A DNA stretch of 51,774 bases from Candidatus Krumholzibacteriia bacterium (lineage in GTDB: Bacteria > Krumholzibacteriota > Krumholzibacteriia > LZORAL124-64-63). Below are positions 18,785 to 30,600 of this stretch, in pieces. The position numbers were made by a program, and so were the translations under genes. The notes below the pieces were generated by a model. It saw only the letters and a program-made list of their open reading frames with translations. It was not told where the DNA came from and made no database searches. The DNA lies in assembly GCA_023270185.1 (NCBI GenBank), contig JAGLCY010000066.1:1-51774 (forward strand), in the 5' to 3' direction. The first letter of the stretch is position 1. Each line of letters starts with the position of its first letter.

Positions 18785-19762
18785 ATGAAGGCGGTCATAC
18801 CAGCGGCCGGGGTCGGCACCCGGTTGCGTCCCCACACACTGAACAAGCCCAAAGCCCTGTTGCCGGTGGCCGGGAAACCCATCCTGGCCCATATCATGGA
18901 TGATCTTACCGAAGCGGGCATTGACGGATTTGTGCTGATCGTCGGTTACCACGGTGACGAGGTTCGCCAGTGGTTCACCCGCGAACGTCCGGACCTGGAC
19001 ATCACCTTCGTGGAACAGACCGAACGACTGGGTCTGGGCCACGCCATCTGGACGGCCCGCGAGGCCCTGGGGGACGAGGCCTTTTTCTGCATACTCGGCG
19101 ATACGATCCTGAAGGCGGATTATTCCTCCCTTCTGGCCTCGACCAACAGCATGATCGCCGTACGCGAAGTCGAAGATCCACGACGGTTCGGCGTGGTGGA
19201 GATGGACGGCGAAAGCGTTAAGCGATTTGTTGAAAAGCCCGACAATCCACCCAGTAATCTGGCGATCGTGGGGGCCTATCTGTTCCGGGACGGAGGTGCC
19301 CTGTGGCGCGCGCTGGACAGGATCGTCAACGAGGATATCCGTACCCGCGGCGAGTACCAGTTGACCGATGCCCTGCAGATGATGGTTGAAGAGGGCATCC
19401 CCTTCAACACCGTTGCGGTGACCGACTGGTATGATTGCGGCAAGAAGGAAACCTGGCTCCAGACCAACCGGATCCTTCTGGAGAGGAATGAAGAGCAGGA
19501 AGAAGGCGAAGGTTTCGTCAACCCCTGCAGCATTGCTCCGGACGCGATCATTACGGGGTCAACCATCGGTCCCAATGTTTCGGTCGGGGCGGGTGCAGTC
19601 ATCGAGAACTGCAAAATCAGTGACAGCGTTATCGGGTCGGGATGCCGTCTGATGCAATGTCGGCTTGACCAGAGCCTGGTTGGAAACGAGTGTTCGCTGA
19701 CCGGAGTCACTGGGGAAATAAACGTGGGGGACTTCACCGAAATCATAGGCGAGAAAAGCTGA
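18785..19762 (+). CDS. Sugar-1-phosphate nucleotidyltransferase (long glucose-1-P thymidylyltransferase type) with C-terminal hexapeptide repeats
   Basis: IPAAGVGTRLRPHT...PK, Q...LGLGHA, EKP, RGEYQLTDAL, WYDCG; LbH-like tail. Confidence 0.9.
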   Translation: MKAVIPAAGVGTRLRPHTLNKPKALLPVAGKPILAHIMDDLTEAGIDGFVLIVGYHGDEVRQWFTRERPDLDITFVEQTERLGLGHAIWTAREALGDEAFFCILGDTILKADYSSLLASTNSMIAVREVEDPRRFGVVEMDGESVKRFVEKPDNPPSNLAIVGAYLFRDGGALWRALDRIVNEDIRTRGEYQLTDALQMMVEEGIPFNTVAVTDWYDCGKKETWLQTNRILLERNEEQEEGEGFVNPCSIAPDAIITGSTIGPNVSVGAGAVIENCKISDSVIGSGCRLMQCRLDQSLVGNECSLTGVTGEINVGDFTEIIGEKS

Positions 19763-19822
19763 ACTCAAGTGTAATTCGACAGGCCGGGGAAAACGGGCCC
19801 CGCATAAAGGGAAGGAAACGAC

Positions 19823-20968
19823 ATGAGCGACAGGTTCCTGTTCACCAGCGAATCAGTGACAGAAGGACATCCCGACAAGGTGGCCGATCAAATTTCCGAC
19901 GCCGTGGTGGACGCCATCATGGCCAAGGACCCGGAAGGTCGGGTGGCCTGCGAGACCATGGTCACCACGGGCATGGCCTGCCTGGGTGGGGAAATCACCA
20001 CGAAGACTTATGTCGATATTCCCACGTTGGTGCGCAAGACCATCCGGGACATCGGTTATAATTCCGCGGATTACGGTTTCGATGCCGACACTTGCGCGGT
20101 TCTGACCGCCCTGGACGAACAGTCGCCCGACATCGCGATGGGTGTCAATCCGGGTGGTGCCGGCGATCAAGGTCTGATGTTCGGTTACGCCTGCAGGGAA
20201 ACCGATGTCCTGATGCCCCTGCCCTTGACCATGGCCCACAGGATGGCGCAGCAGCTTGCCAAGGTTCGCAAGGACGGCACCCTGCCCTGGGTGCGGCCTG
20301 ACGGCAAGACCCAGGTGACCTGCCTCTACGAGGACAACAAGCCCGTTGCCATTGACACCGTGGTTGTTTCCACACAGCACGACGAGGACATTTCCCTCGA
20401 GGATCTGCGGGCCGCCATCGACAAGCATGTTATCCGGCCCGTGCTTACAAGGTTCGATGTGGATTACGACGGTTACAAGACACACATCAACCCCACGGGA
20501 CGGTTCGTGGTGGGTGGTCCCCTCGGGGATTGTGGTCTGACAGGGCGCAAGATCATCGTCGATACCTACGGCGGCAGCGCCTGCCACGGCGGTGGCGCCT
20601 TCAGCGGCAAGGATTCCACCAAGGTGGATCGTTCCGGGGCCTACGCCACGCGGCATCTTGCCCGGAATATCGTTGCAGCCGGCCTCGCGGACCGTTGCCA
20701 GGTGCAGGTGGCCTACGCCATCGGTGTGGCGGAGCCGGTTTCGATCAATGTCGATTGTTACGGCACCGGCCAGGTGCCTGACGAGCAGATTACGGCGGCG
20801 GTTCGCAAGGTTGCGGACATGACTCCTCAGGGAATCATTTCCCGCCTCAAACTGCGTGAACCGGTTTTTCTGAAGACCGCGGCCTACGGGCATTTCGGCC
20901 GGGACGACGTCCAGTTCTCCTGGGAAAAGGAAGACCTGGTGGACGCCTTGAAGAATGCCGTCGGCTGA
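19823..20968 (+). CDS. metK: S-adenosylmethionine synthetase
   Basis: [52 protein letters not shown]. Confidence 0.98.
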   Translation: MSDRFLFTSESVTEGHPDKVADQISDAVVDAIMAKDPEGRVACETMVTTGMACLGGEITTKTYVDIPTLVRKTIRDIGYNSADYGFDADTCAVLTALDEQSPDIAMGVNPGGAGDQGLMFGYACRETDVLMPLPLTMAHRMAQQLAKVRKDGTLPWVRPDGKTQVTCLYEDNKPVAIDTVVVSTQHDEDISLEDLRAAIDKHVIRPVLTRFDVDYDGYKTHINPTGRFVVGGPLGDCGLTGRKIIVDTYGGSACHGGGAFSGKDSTKVDRSGAYATRHLARNIVAAGLADRCQVQVAYAIGVAEPVSINVDCYGTGQVPDEQITAAVRKVADMTPQGIISRLKLREPVFLKTAAYGHFGRDDVQFSWEKEDLVDALKNAVG

Positions 20969-20984
20969 TCGTTTCGATTAATTT

Positions 20985-21021
20985 AAAAAAAAGGCGGGGC
21001 CTAGTAGGCTCCGCCTTTTTT
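20985..21021. terminator. Bidirectional intrinsic terminator
   Basis: A-tract, GGCGGGGCCT-AGT-AGGCTCCGCC hairpin, T-tract; between convergent metK and the PKD lipoprotein. Confidence 0.85.
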
Positions 21022-21080
21022 AATTCCTTGATCAGACCGCGTCCCGGATTTGCGAATCCATCCTCCGGTGTCAATGCCTT

Positions 21081-21746
21081 TCAGGTACCGGGGGTGACGG
21101 TGAATTTCAAGGTCTGCTTTCTTAAAACCGCCCAGGCCGGATAGAAGACCGAAACATTGACTTCATAATCGCCAGGTATGTCGTACCGGAATTCCGGAGC
21201 CGTGAGTTTGAATTCCGAGGCGGCGTCATCGCCCATTTCCCATTTGAAAACCATTTTCACCGAATCACCGAGTACGGTCGGATAATCGATGTCGCAGGAA
21301 GATGCCATTATATTGAAATGAATGATGTCGTCGGTGGTGACGTTTCCATCAGGGAAGTCCGAGCCGGCCTCCACGACCAGGCTGTCGGGGAAAACGACCA
21401 CCGGAAAGGTGGCGGAGGCCGTTTGACCGTCGGGATCAGTTCCCTTGACAGTGACGGTGTATTCGCCTGGCGTGTGGTAGGTGTGGAAGTCGCGGGTGGT
21501 GGAACCAATGCCCCCGTCGCCGAAATTCCACAGGATTTCCAGGTTGTTGTTCGCCCCGAGGGGGTCGCCCGATTCATTGCCGCCGGACAGGACGGCATAA
21601 CCCTCCACGGCCATGGGCGCGACGCCGCAGGCAGGCGTCACCTGCAAGCGAGTGAAGGCGGGAACGGATTGATCGTCGTCTTTACAACCGGTGGCCACGA
21701 CCAAAATCAACAAGGCCGGCACCAGCAGCATACAGGCGCGTTTCAT
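21081..21746 (-). CDS. PKD-domain lipoprotein (two PKD/Ig-like repeats)
   Basis: Signal peptide with ATGC lipobox; WNFGDG...HTY.TPGEYTVTV and WEMGD...Y..PGDYEV.V PKD motifs. Confidence 0.85.
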   Translation of the reverse strand: MKRACMLLVPALLILVVATGCKDDDQSVPAFTRLQVTPACGVAPMAVEGYAVLSGGNESGDPLGANNNLEILWNFGDGGIGSTTRDFHTYHTPGEYTVTVKGTDPDGQTASATFPVVVFPDSLVVEAGSDFPDGNVTTDDIIHFNIMASSCDIDYPTVLGDSVKMVFKWEMGDDAASEFKLTAPEFRYDIPGDYEVNVSVFYPAWAVLRKQTLKFTVTPGT

Positions 21747-21912
21747 GTGTGGATATTCTCCCCGTGGGGTGACTTAGGATCTAACTCGCAGAAAAACACC
21801 GGAACCCCGTTCCGGGCTCTACCTGCCTGGTCGCATCAATTTATGAAGCTAGGACAGCCCAGGCAAGGAGTCCAGTAAAATCAGTTGTTCCCGGCATGAC
21901 CGAAAACAGGTG

Positions 21913-22986
21913 TCAGCGCCGGGCCCGCACGAACATAATGACGAAAATAAAGGCGTAAAGGACATTTCCGGCCCAGGCCGCGGGAATCGGGGGGAGTGTT
22001 CCGTTGTGACCCAGGGCTCTGCCGAAATTCATGAACAAATAGTAAACGAAGCTCACCAGCAGGGTATAACCGAAGCCCGAGGCGATGGTGGTTTTTCGCG
22101 GACCCGAAGCGAGGATAATTCCCATCAGCACCACGATCAGGTTGACCAGTGGGAAAGCGAAATTGAACTGGATATCAACCAGGCCGGTGGTTGGGTCGCC
22201 GCCGCTGTGCCGAATCAGCTGGACGTGGTCCCGAAGCTGCCGGATGTTCATGTCCTCCTGCCGGATACGTTCCCTGTAGAAGCTTTTGGGTGAGACCTCC
22301 AGGTCGCGAGCCGTGAGACGTTCAAAAACCACGGTCTTCTCATTGTCCCCATCGAAAATGCGTCGCGTGCCGTTGATCAGCGTCCAGTGGGCGCCGTCCC
22401 ATTCGGCGCGAGTCGCATCGATTCTTTCGGTGATGATGGCGCCTTCGTGACTGAGGATCCTGAGTCCGGTGAGGATACCGGTGTTGGGGTCGAATTTGTG
22501 GGCGTAGTAAAACCGTCCGTCGCTGGCGGTCAGGGCAATATGCTGGGTGGGACGGATCCGGTTGGGATTGCCGTGGATTTCCACTTCCCAAACCTGATTC
22601 CTTCTGACATTAGCTTCCGGCAGGACATATTCGCGCCAAGCCAGGGAGAACACGGTTACCAGAAGTGAAATGACGATCAGGGGGCGGGTAACCTTCATCA
22701 GCGACCAACCGGAGGCGAACAGGGCGGTCAGTTCGAGATATCTGGCCATGGTGCCTACCGTGAACAGGGTGGCCATCAGCATGGCGATGGGCAGCACCGT
22801 GTCGACGATCCAAACGGCCTTGAAGGAATAGTAGCGCAGGATCTGCCAGGCGTTGGCGTCGTTGTCCACGAAGCTTCCCATGTGGTCCAGCACGTCGATG
22901 AGCGTGAACAGGATCAGGGCCCCGACCATGGTGAAACTCAGGTTGCGGAAGAAGGTGGCCAGCAGATGACGGTGAATTATGGACAT
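21913..22986 (-). CDS. lptG: LPS export permease, LptF/LptG family (LptG-like)
   Basis: 3+3 TM layout, LP.A.L.A, ELTAL.ASG.S, C-terminal LPP..AAW..N; translationally coupled to the upstream paralog. Confidence 0.88.
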   Translation of the reverse strand: MSIIHRHLLATFFRNLSFTMVGALILFTLIDVLDHMGSFVDNDANAWQILRYYSFKAVWIVDTVLPIAMLMATLFTVGTMARYLELTALFASGWSLMKVTRPLIVISLLVTVFSLAWREYVLPEANVRRNQVWEVEIHGNPNRIRPTQHIALTASDGRFYYAHKFDPNTGILTGLRILSHEGAIITERIDATRAEWDGAHWTLINGTRRIFDGDNEKTVVFERLTARDLEVSPKSFYRERIRQEDMNIRQLRDHVQLIRHSGGDPTTGLVDIQFNFAFPLVNLIVVLMGIILASGPRKTTIASGFGYTLLVSFVYYLFMNFGRALGHNGTLPPIPAAWAGNVLYAFIFVIMFVRARR

Positions 22987-24401
22987 CAATCAGGTTCTCC
23001 ACCGACGGACACCGTCTTGTCGGCAACGCGGGGTTTCAGGGTGATGCTCAAAAGAGTGGATTCCCGAACGGCCTTGAAAAACAGGGGAATGCCCACCACC
23101 AGAAGGAAGATGTTCGCGCTCCACATGGCCAGAAACGGGTCCAGCCTGCCGCGGTCGGAAAACTTCTCGCCTCCCACCAGGAACAGGTAATACACCAGGT
23201 ACACGCCAAGGGCAAGGCTTACGCTGATGCCTTTGCCGCTTCTCGACGATGTCACGGCCATGGGTACGCCGATCAGGGCAAATACGATGCAGGCGAAGGG
23301 AATGGCGAATTTCTTGTGAAATTCCACCAGATACCGATTCTCCCTGGTCTGGTAGCTGTCCCTGATCTTTTCCTGGTACCGCGACTGTTCGACGACCCGG
23401 TCCACTTTCAACCTCGTGGCCCGAAATTTTCCTTCCAGGAAAGTTTTTCGTTCGGGATCCTCCGGTGGTGCCGGGTTGTTGCCTAGAATTTCAGTCCGAT
23501 GCTCCGGTTGGAGCAGCTTCCACTGCCACTTCAGCATGGTTTCGGCCAAACCGCCCACGTTGTCCAGGACCTTGTCCTGTCTCTCCTGTTCCTTACCCGC
23601 GGTGGTCCACAGGTCTTTCAGGTTCATCTCACGATCACCCCGGGTCTGCCGGTCCGAATCATGGAAATCACGTTCCACGTTTTCCACGTAGAGGTTGTGT
23701 TGGCCGAAACGTGTGACCTGGTATTTGTCCGGGGATTTCTTGTCGGGTCGTTCGTGGATTTCCCCGTCGTGCAATTCGATGAGCACCGAGTCGGTCTCAT
23801 GGTCAGGGGCAATGCGGCCCCAAGCAGCGATCGTAACCCGTGGAGAAAGGTCTCCGGGATTTTCCTTTTCGATAATGGTGACATCCTCGATCCGGCCCGT
23901 GACGTCATCCTTTTTGCTTACGTAGATGGTCGTCCGGTCGCTCATATCCGTGAATTGCTGGGCGCGGATCTCCAGCATGGGTTTCTTACGGTTGATGTCG
24001 TACAAGAGGTTGGCCAGCTTATGGTTGGACTCCGGAAAGACGAAATGGTTGTAGGCGGTCAGGCCGAGGGCGATGACACCGGCTCCGAACAGGAGGGGAC
24101 GAAGCACCGTCCACAGGCTGATGCCGCTGGCTTTCATCGCTGTAATTTCATGATCGGCAGCAAGTTGTCCGACGCTCATGAGGATGGCTATCAAGACCGC
24201 CATTGGTACGGATAATGCAAATGTGTGTCCGAGACTGAGAACCAGGACCTCGGTTGCCATGAGGAATGGAACACCTTTGCTGACAAACAGATCGACGTAC
24301 CTGAAGAGCACGTCTATCATCAGCAGAAAGGTGATGACGAACCAGCCGAAAAAGAAGGGACCGGCTGCTGTGGCCAGCAAGTGTTTGTATATCAGGTACA
24401 T
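22986..24401 (-). CDS. lptF: LPS export permease, LptF/LptG family (LptF-like, long)
   Basis: LSVPMAVL, EITAMKASGIS, EFHKKFAIPFAC..F.LIG.P, AMW.AN. Confidence 0.88.
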   Translation of the reverse strand: MYLIYKHLLATAAGPFFFGWFVITFLLMIDVLFRYVDLFVSKGVPFLMATEVLVLSLGHTFALSVPMAVLIAILMSVGQLAADHEITAMKASGISLWTVLRPLLFGAGVIALGLTAYNHFVFPESNHKLANLLYDINRKKPMLEIRAQQFTDMSDRTTIYVSKKDDVTGRIEDVTIIEKENPGDLSPRVTIAAWGRIAPDHETDSVLIELHDGEIHERPDKKSPDKYQVTRFGQHNLYVENVERDFHDSDRQTRGDREMNLKDLWTTAGKEQERQDKVLDNVGGLAETMLKWQWKLLQPEHRTEILGNNPAPPEDPERKTFLEGKFRATRLKVDRVVEQSRYQEKIRDSYQTRENRYLVEFHKKFAIPFACIVFALIGVPMAVTSSRSGKGISVSLALGVYLVYYLFLVGGEKFSDRGRLDPFLAMWSANIFLLVVGIPLFFKAVRESTLLSITLKPRVADKTVSVGGEPD

Positions 24402-24669
24402 AGAACCTTGTTGCCCCTGTCGGTTTCTCCTTCGAATCCCGGCTGAACCTCAGCAACGGAATATCCGGAGGCCTTGGCCGAAAGGATTGATTCCAGGGTT
24501 TCATCTCTGAACTTCGTCCAGAACGTTGATTTGCTGAGCTGAAACCGGCCATCATCGATGGTCGGTGTATGGCCAGTCCCGTGGTCAGCATGACCATTTT
24601 CGGGGACGATCGCCAAACGGGCCAGCATTAAATCAGGCATCCAACCTTTGGAGACAGGGATTGTCGCGA

Positions 24670-27600
24670 ATGAGTCTGGGGAACACCGGAAAGCCGGTCT
24701 TACGCTCTGCAAGGGGCGTTGACTTCGGCTGTTCTCGTGCTCACCCTCGCGACGGTTTGCCTTCCCTGTTCCGGTCATTCGTTTTCCTGTTCGCTCTGGC
24801 CGCTGGTCTGGCCATCCTTCCGGTGGGGATCGCCCAAGCTGATCCCAACTATGAGGGCACCATCCTTTACGGGCTGGATCCGGTGATCAGGACAACGGAA
24901 GATCCTCGCCTGTTGGGTGTCGACCGTTTGGTGTTGCTCCGCCGACTCGAAGGTCTGGGCATCGATCCGCTCAGGTATCCCGATCGGAAACCTGGCCTTG
25001 ATGCCATGTTCCGCCATCATTTCCACTCCCGGTCCAACGTCGATCTTGATCGCCGTGAACACCTTGTCGAGTACAACGGCAACCTGGGCCTGATGAGCGA
25101 GTTCCAATACCCCTCATTCTTCTTTCTGTTCCCGTCGGCTGAAACATTGCCGGGTGGGTTTGCTTATTACCCCCCCCGGCCCACGAGCGATCCTGTAGTC
25201 AGGCTTTTCGTGGACGACCTTAAATCCGGCGTCCGCCGCCGGCATGCGGTGGGACAGGTTTTCGTCAAGATCGAGGCCCTGGATGTTGCCGGTCATGGCC
25301 GTAGGACCGACCAGGATACCGGACTGATCAACCTTACCATCCCCATCAAACTTCCCCGCACTCTGGAGAAGATCATCGGTCGGGGAGAAAAAACAAAGAT
25401 CAAGATCACCGGGCGGGAGCGCATCGCCATCTCCGGGGAAAGCACGGTTGTCAATCCGTTCACTCCCAACGAAAGAGTGTCCAGCCAGTCCCTTTTTCCC
25501 TCCCTGGACATGGAACAGGAGCTACAGGTCAATCTGTCCGGAGTGATCGGCGAAAAAATCATCGTCGAGGTGGACCATAACAGCGCCCAGGTGGGTCCCG
25601 ACGCCACCAAAATCAAGTTGATGTATCAGGGCCTCGAGGATGAAATCATCAAGACCATCGAGACCGGTGACGTGGGCCTGACCCTGCCGGGCAGTCAGCT
25701 GCTCGGATACAGCTCCAACAAGTCCGGTCTGTTCGGTCTCAAGGTGACTGGTCAGGTGGGCCGGGCCGATTTCACCATGGTCGCTTCGAAACAGAAGGCT
25801 GAAACATCTTCCAAGACCTTCAACGCCGTCGGCGGTCAGATTTCCGACAACGTCATAAATTCCTCGGAGTACCTGAATCACCGTTTCTTCAAACTGGATC
25901 TTCCCCTGCAGGAAGTTCCCAACGGCCGGTTCCAGGGCGACCAGATCCTGTTGGAAACCATCAAGATCTTCAGGCTGATGCCCGGGCAACCCGTCGGTAG
26001 TGATATCACCAACGTGGCTGTCTACGTCGACTCTTTGGGTTTCCGAAACTGGGGGAACATCGATTTCAACAAACCCCACCTGTTCGGGCGCCGCTGGCGG
26101 GAAATAGAAAGTGGTTCCTGGGATCCCCTGCGTGACGCGGATGGTCATTTGATAGCAGTGGATCTTCGGTCCCAGATGTCGGATGAGGATGCTTTGGCGG
26201 TGATCTACGATATCAAGTTGGCCGACGGGAGTATCGTACAGGTGGGCGATGTCCCGGGGCAGGATGGTCAGACGCAGATCGTCGAGGGCGGTGACGGAAC
26301 ATATTACCGGATGAAGCTCCTGAAGGCTCCGGTGTCCGCCCAGGAAACCTGGTCTTTCCAGTATGTTCTGCGGAACATCTATTCCCTGGGTGGGGCGAAC
26401 ATCGACAATGCCACTTTCGATTTGCGGATCGAACGCAACGAGCCCGGCACCAACCAGCCCCAGCAGGACGAGAACGGCCTGGATTACATCCGCATTTTCG
26501 GACTGGACCGGGACGATCCCCAGCGCAACGGGTACCCCGACGGTCTGGTCGACAAGTGGGATCCCTTCATCATCGATCTGCAGAAGGGTTTGCTGAAATT
26601 CCCCCTGGATTTTCCGATGCCGTTCGCTCCCGGGGGAAGACCTTTTGGTCGTGAGGGTGAAGCGGACGCAATTGCCGACTCGGTCTTCTCAGCCTACGCC
26701 GACACTTCGGCCTTCGTGTGGGATCCTTCCTTCCTGAAGGACCACCAGACCTGGCAACTTTATCACCCGAGTATTTATCCCTCGGAATACAACCAGCACA
26801 CATCGTTCCGGATCATCGCCACCCACGCTTCGGCCTCGAGCAATTTCAACCTGGGGGCTTCCAACATCGAGGAGGGTTCCGAGACGGTCAATCTCGACGG
26901 GGCCACACTGACCAGGGGTGTGGATTATGAAATCGATTACACCTTCGGGGAGGTCAAGCTGATCGGTTCGGCGGCCGACAAGCTGACCCCAGACAGCAAG
27001 ATCGCGGTCAACTACCAGTTCGCGCCGTTTTTCGGTGGCGGCAACAAGAGCCTGATGGGCTTGAACATCGGTTACGATCTGGGTCAGAGCAGCAAGATGT
27101 CCACAACCTGGCTCTACGAGACCGAAAACATCGTCGGGGAAAAGGCCAAACTGGGTGAGGAACCGAGTAAGAACCTGGTCGGCAACCTGAACCTGCAACA
27201 TACTTTCCGTCCCTATTTCCTGACCCACGTGGCCAACTTCATCAGCCGCCGCAACACCGAACGTGAAAGCACGATCCAGTTCAACGGCGAAACGGCGGTC
27301 AGTCTGCCAAACTCCAATACGATGGGTAAGGTTTATCTCGAGGATTTCGAAGGGGTGGACGCTTCGGACACCATCACCCTGACCCGGATCGGCTGGTCCT
27401 GGGCGAGTGCCCCGTACCTGGGCTCCAGGTATCTTGCCGACAATCCGGACTCGCGGAGCTTTGACCCCGAGGATCGGGTCGGGACGGTTCGCTGGTTCCT
27501 GCCCAAGGAAAGGACCCTGCGAAGGTACCTGAATCCCGATTTGATCAACCAGGAGAGGGATGAAACCCAGCCGTCCATGGACATGTTCATCAGAGCCGAC

Positions 27601-30600
27601 GACGGGTCCTGGGACCCGGAGGATTGGGGCGGCATCATGCGGAGCATCAGTCGGACCGGCCTGGATCTGTCCAAGGCGCAGTTTGTCGAGATCTGGGTCA
27701 ACGACGGGGTGGCGGATCTCAACCAGCGGCGAGGCAAATTGCATATCGATTTCGGCTACATTGATGAGGATGGTTTCTGGCCGGTGGATGTCGATGGTAA
27801 TATCGAGACTGGAACCCGCCAATTGGAGGATGGAATCGTGGAAGGGAGTCCCCGCGATGATGTCTTTTACGCTCCTGATGAGGATATCGGACTTGACGGG
27901 AACGAATTCGGACCGCAGAAGTTCGACGCGAACTTCGAAATCAACGGGGACAGCCCGTACCCCGGCATCAATGGAACCGCGCGGAACTCACGGGAGGACG
28001 ACGAGGATCTCAACGGTGACGACCAACTGAACAGGGACAACGGTTTTTTCACCGCGACCATCGATTTGAAGGACACTAAACCCCTGGTGGACGTGGTGTA
28101 CGACTATGGCGACGTTCAGGATCTGGTGGCCCAGAACATTTCCTGGCGCAAATACCGCATTCCCCTGACTGCCGTGGATACCGTCAGCGTGGGAACTGCG
28201 GCCAACCTTCGCGCTGTAACCCACGCAAGAATCTGGTACGAAGACATCAATCCGGGTGGAAGGACAGCACTCACTCTTCAGATGTCGGAATTCAAATTCC
28301 TCGGCAGCCGGTGGGAACGTGAGGGAATCCGCCGTGTCGACGGGGAGAAGCTTCTCACCCGACCCGAACTCCTGCCGAACGAGGAGTTTTTCCTGGGGGA
28401 GGTGAACAACAAGGAAAATCCCGACTACCATCCGCCCTTCGCTGTCATCGAGAACAATAATATTCCCGAGAAGGAACAGTCCCTGGTCCTGAATTTCACG
28501 AACATCGAACAGGGTCATATGGTGCGCGCCAGCAAGCAGGTGTCCGCGCGGGGTGATGACTACACCCGTTACAGCGACCTGTCCTGGTACTGGTACAATC
28601 CCAGCCACGCGACGGCCGATCTGGATCTGTTCTTCCGGGTGGGCGCCGATACCCTGAACTACTACGAGGTGACCTACCGGTTCAGTGATTCACCCAGCAA
28701 GACCGGATGGCACAACATGAATATCAGCGTGGCGGAACTATCCAACGCGAAAAACGGGACCGTTGACGAGAACGGGCACATCCACTCGACAGTGGTGGAC
28801 AGGCGGAGCAGGGATGTCTACAGGGTCCGGGTGGTGGGAAGGCCCGATCTGCGCCTGGTGAAACGGTATTATTTCGGATTCATGAACAACAACCTGAGCC
28901 AGGAGGCGTCTGGTTACTTCTACCTGAACGATGTGCTCCTCGAGGGGGTCAAGAGGGACATGGGCATGGCCCAGCGGGCGGGCTTGCGTCTGAACATGGC
29001 GGACGTGATCAATGTGGATTTCGACTGGAAACACACGGATGATGAATTCCACGGGCTCAATACCAAGTCGGGCTCCGGCATTGATACCGAGGACTGGAAT
29101 GTCGCCGGGAACCTGGCTGTCGAGGATTTCATTCCCCTGTTGGGTTTCAGGCTGCCGGTGACGGGCAGCAGGCGCCAGATGATCAATCGCCCCAAGTACG
29201 AGACCCACAGCGACATTGAAATCCTCGACGAAGACGTCAGGAATTCCCTGTCGACGATCGATACGCAGGAGAGGTTCTCATCTCGATTGAGCCATTTGCC
29301 GTCCAAGTCCGCCCTTCTCCGATACATGGTTGATCCCTGGTCCCTGCAGATCGCCGGATCCCGTCGCAGAATGAACGGGCCCCTTGAACAACGCCGTGAC
29401 AAGAGCCTGCAGGGATCCTTGAATTTTGATCTGCGTATTCCCGGGGAGTACAATCTCGGAGCCTATCCGCTGGTTGGGGCCATTCCTATCGTGAAGGGCC
29501 TGTCCATCGTGCCCAAGAAAGTGGCGTTTGTAGCCAGTTTTTCAGCTACCCACAACCTCTCCGTCACCATCGACGACAACGGAGTGGTCACGCCCCGGCC
29601 GGTCAATCAGGCCCGACCCGCCAAACTCAACGGCAGCATCGATTACCAACCGTTGCGGATTTTGGACTTGAGCGTATCGGCCAATTCAGACAGGGATCTG
29701 TTGCGTGAATTGAAATGGCATGGTGTGAACATCGGCGAGGAGAACAAGCGAGCCTACGATCTACGCATGACGATCCTCGTACCCCAGGCCCGGGACCTGC
29801 CTTCGACAAAAATCCTGGCTCCGATCCGCACCCTGGCCCGGGGTGCTTCGAAATTGCGTCCCAGCATCCAGTTCAACGGAAGTTTTGCCGATGCCCACGA
29901 TCCCGGTCTGCGCCAGCCCGGGGACCCTGATGACATTCGAAGTGTCAGTAATGGGGGTCGTTGGGAATTCCGAATGGATGTGCCCCTGGGGGATGCCTTC
30001 GGGGCGGTGTTTCCGGAGAAGAAATATTCCCAGGCGGAACGGGACAAATTGATCGCTGAACAACGAAGTCGGGAACGGCAGAACCTCCGCGCGCCAGGAC
30101 ACCAGGGTGATCAACCGCGGCCCCCGGGATCCGGGGAGTCTCCGGATAACCCGGACCCACCGGGAAATCAGGATCCCCAGGGTCGTAGCACGTCCCAGGA
30201 TGATGATTTGGAGGGATTGACCCCCGAAGAGGTCCAGCGACGGGAACAGGAGCGTTTGCTGGAGGAAGCTGAAAGGCAAATGGAACAGGACAGGGAACAG
30301 GGGCTGGTTAAGGAAGAGGAGTCCGTTGCCGAGGGTGGTGGCGGGTTCAATCCCTTATCCATCTTAAATCCCATTCTCAACACACTCCGTAATTCAACGC
30401 CCGTGAAGGTCGTTTACACGGATCAGAATTCGAGCAGTTACTCTCGGCTTCTGGATACGGCACCCTTCTGGTACAAGACGGGCCTGGTCAACGAACTCGA
30501 TGTTGAGGATTCCCAATATTCGTCCTACGGTTCCGACAACAAGGTTAATCTGACCTTGTCCACCAATACCCGAATCACCAAAGACCTTGCACTCGATTTA

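Noticed and set aside
24565-24669. Longest-ORF start for sprA
   Set aside because: The extension is not protein-like and pushes the signal peptide too far from the N-terminus; a later start (24670 or further downstream) is more plausible.
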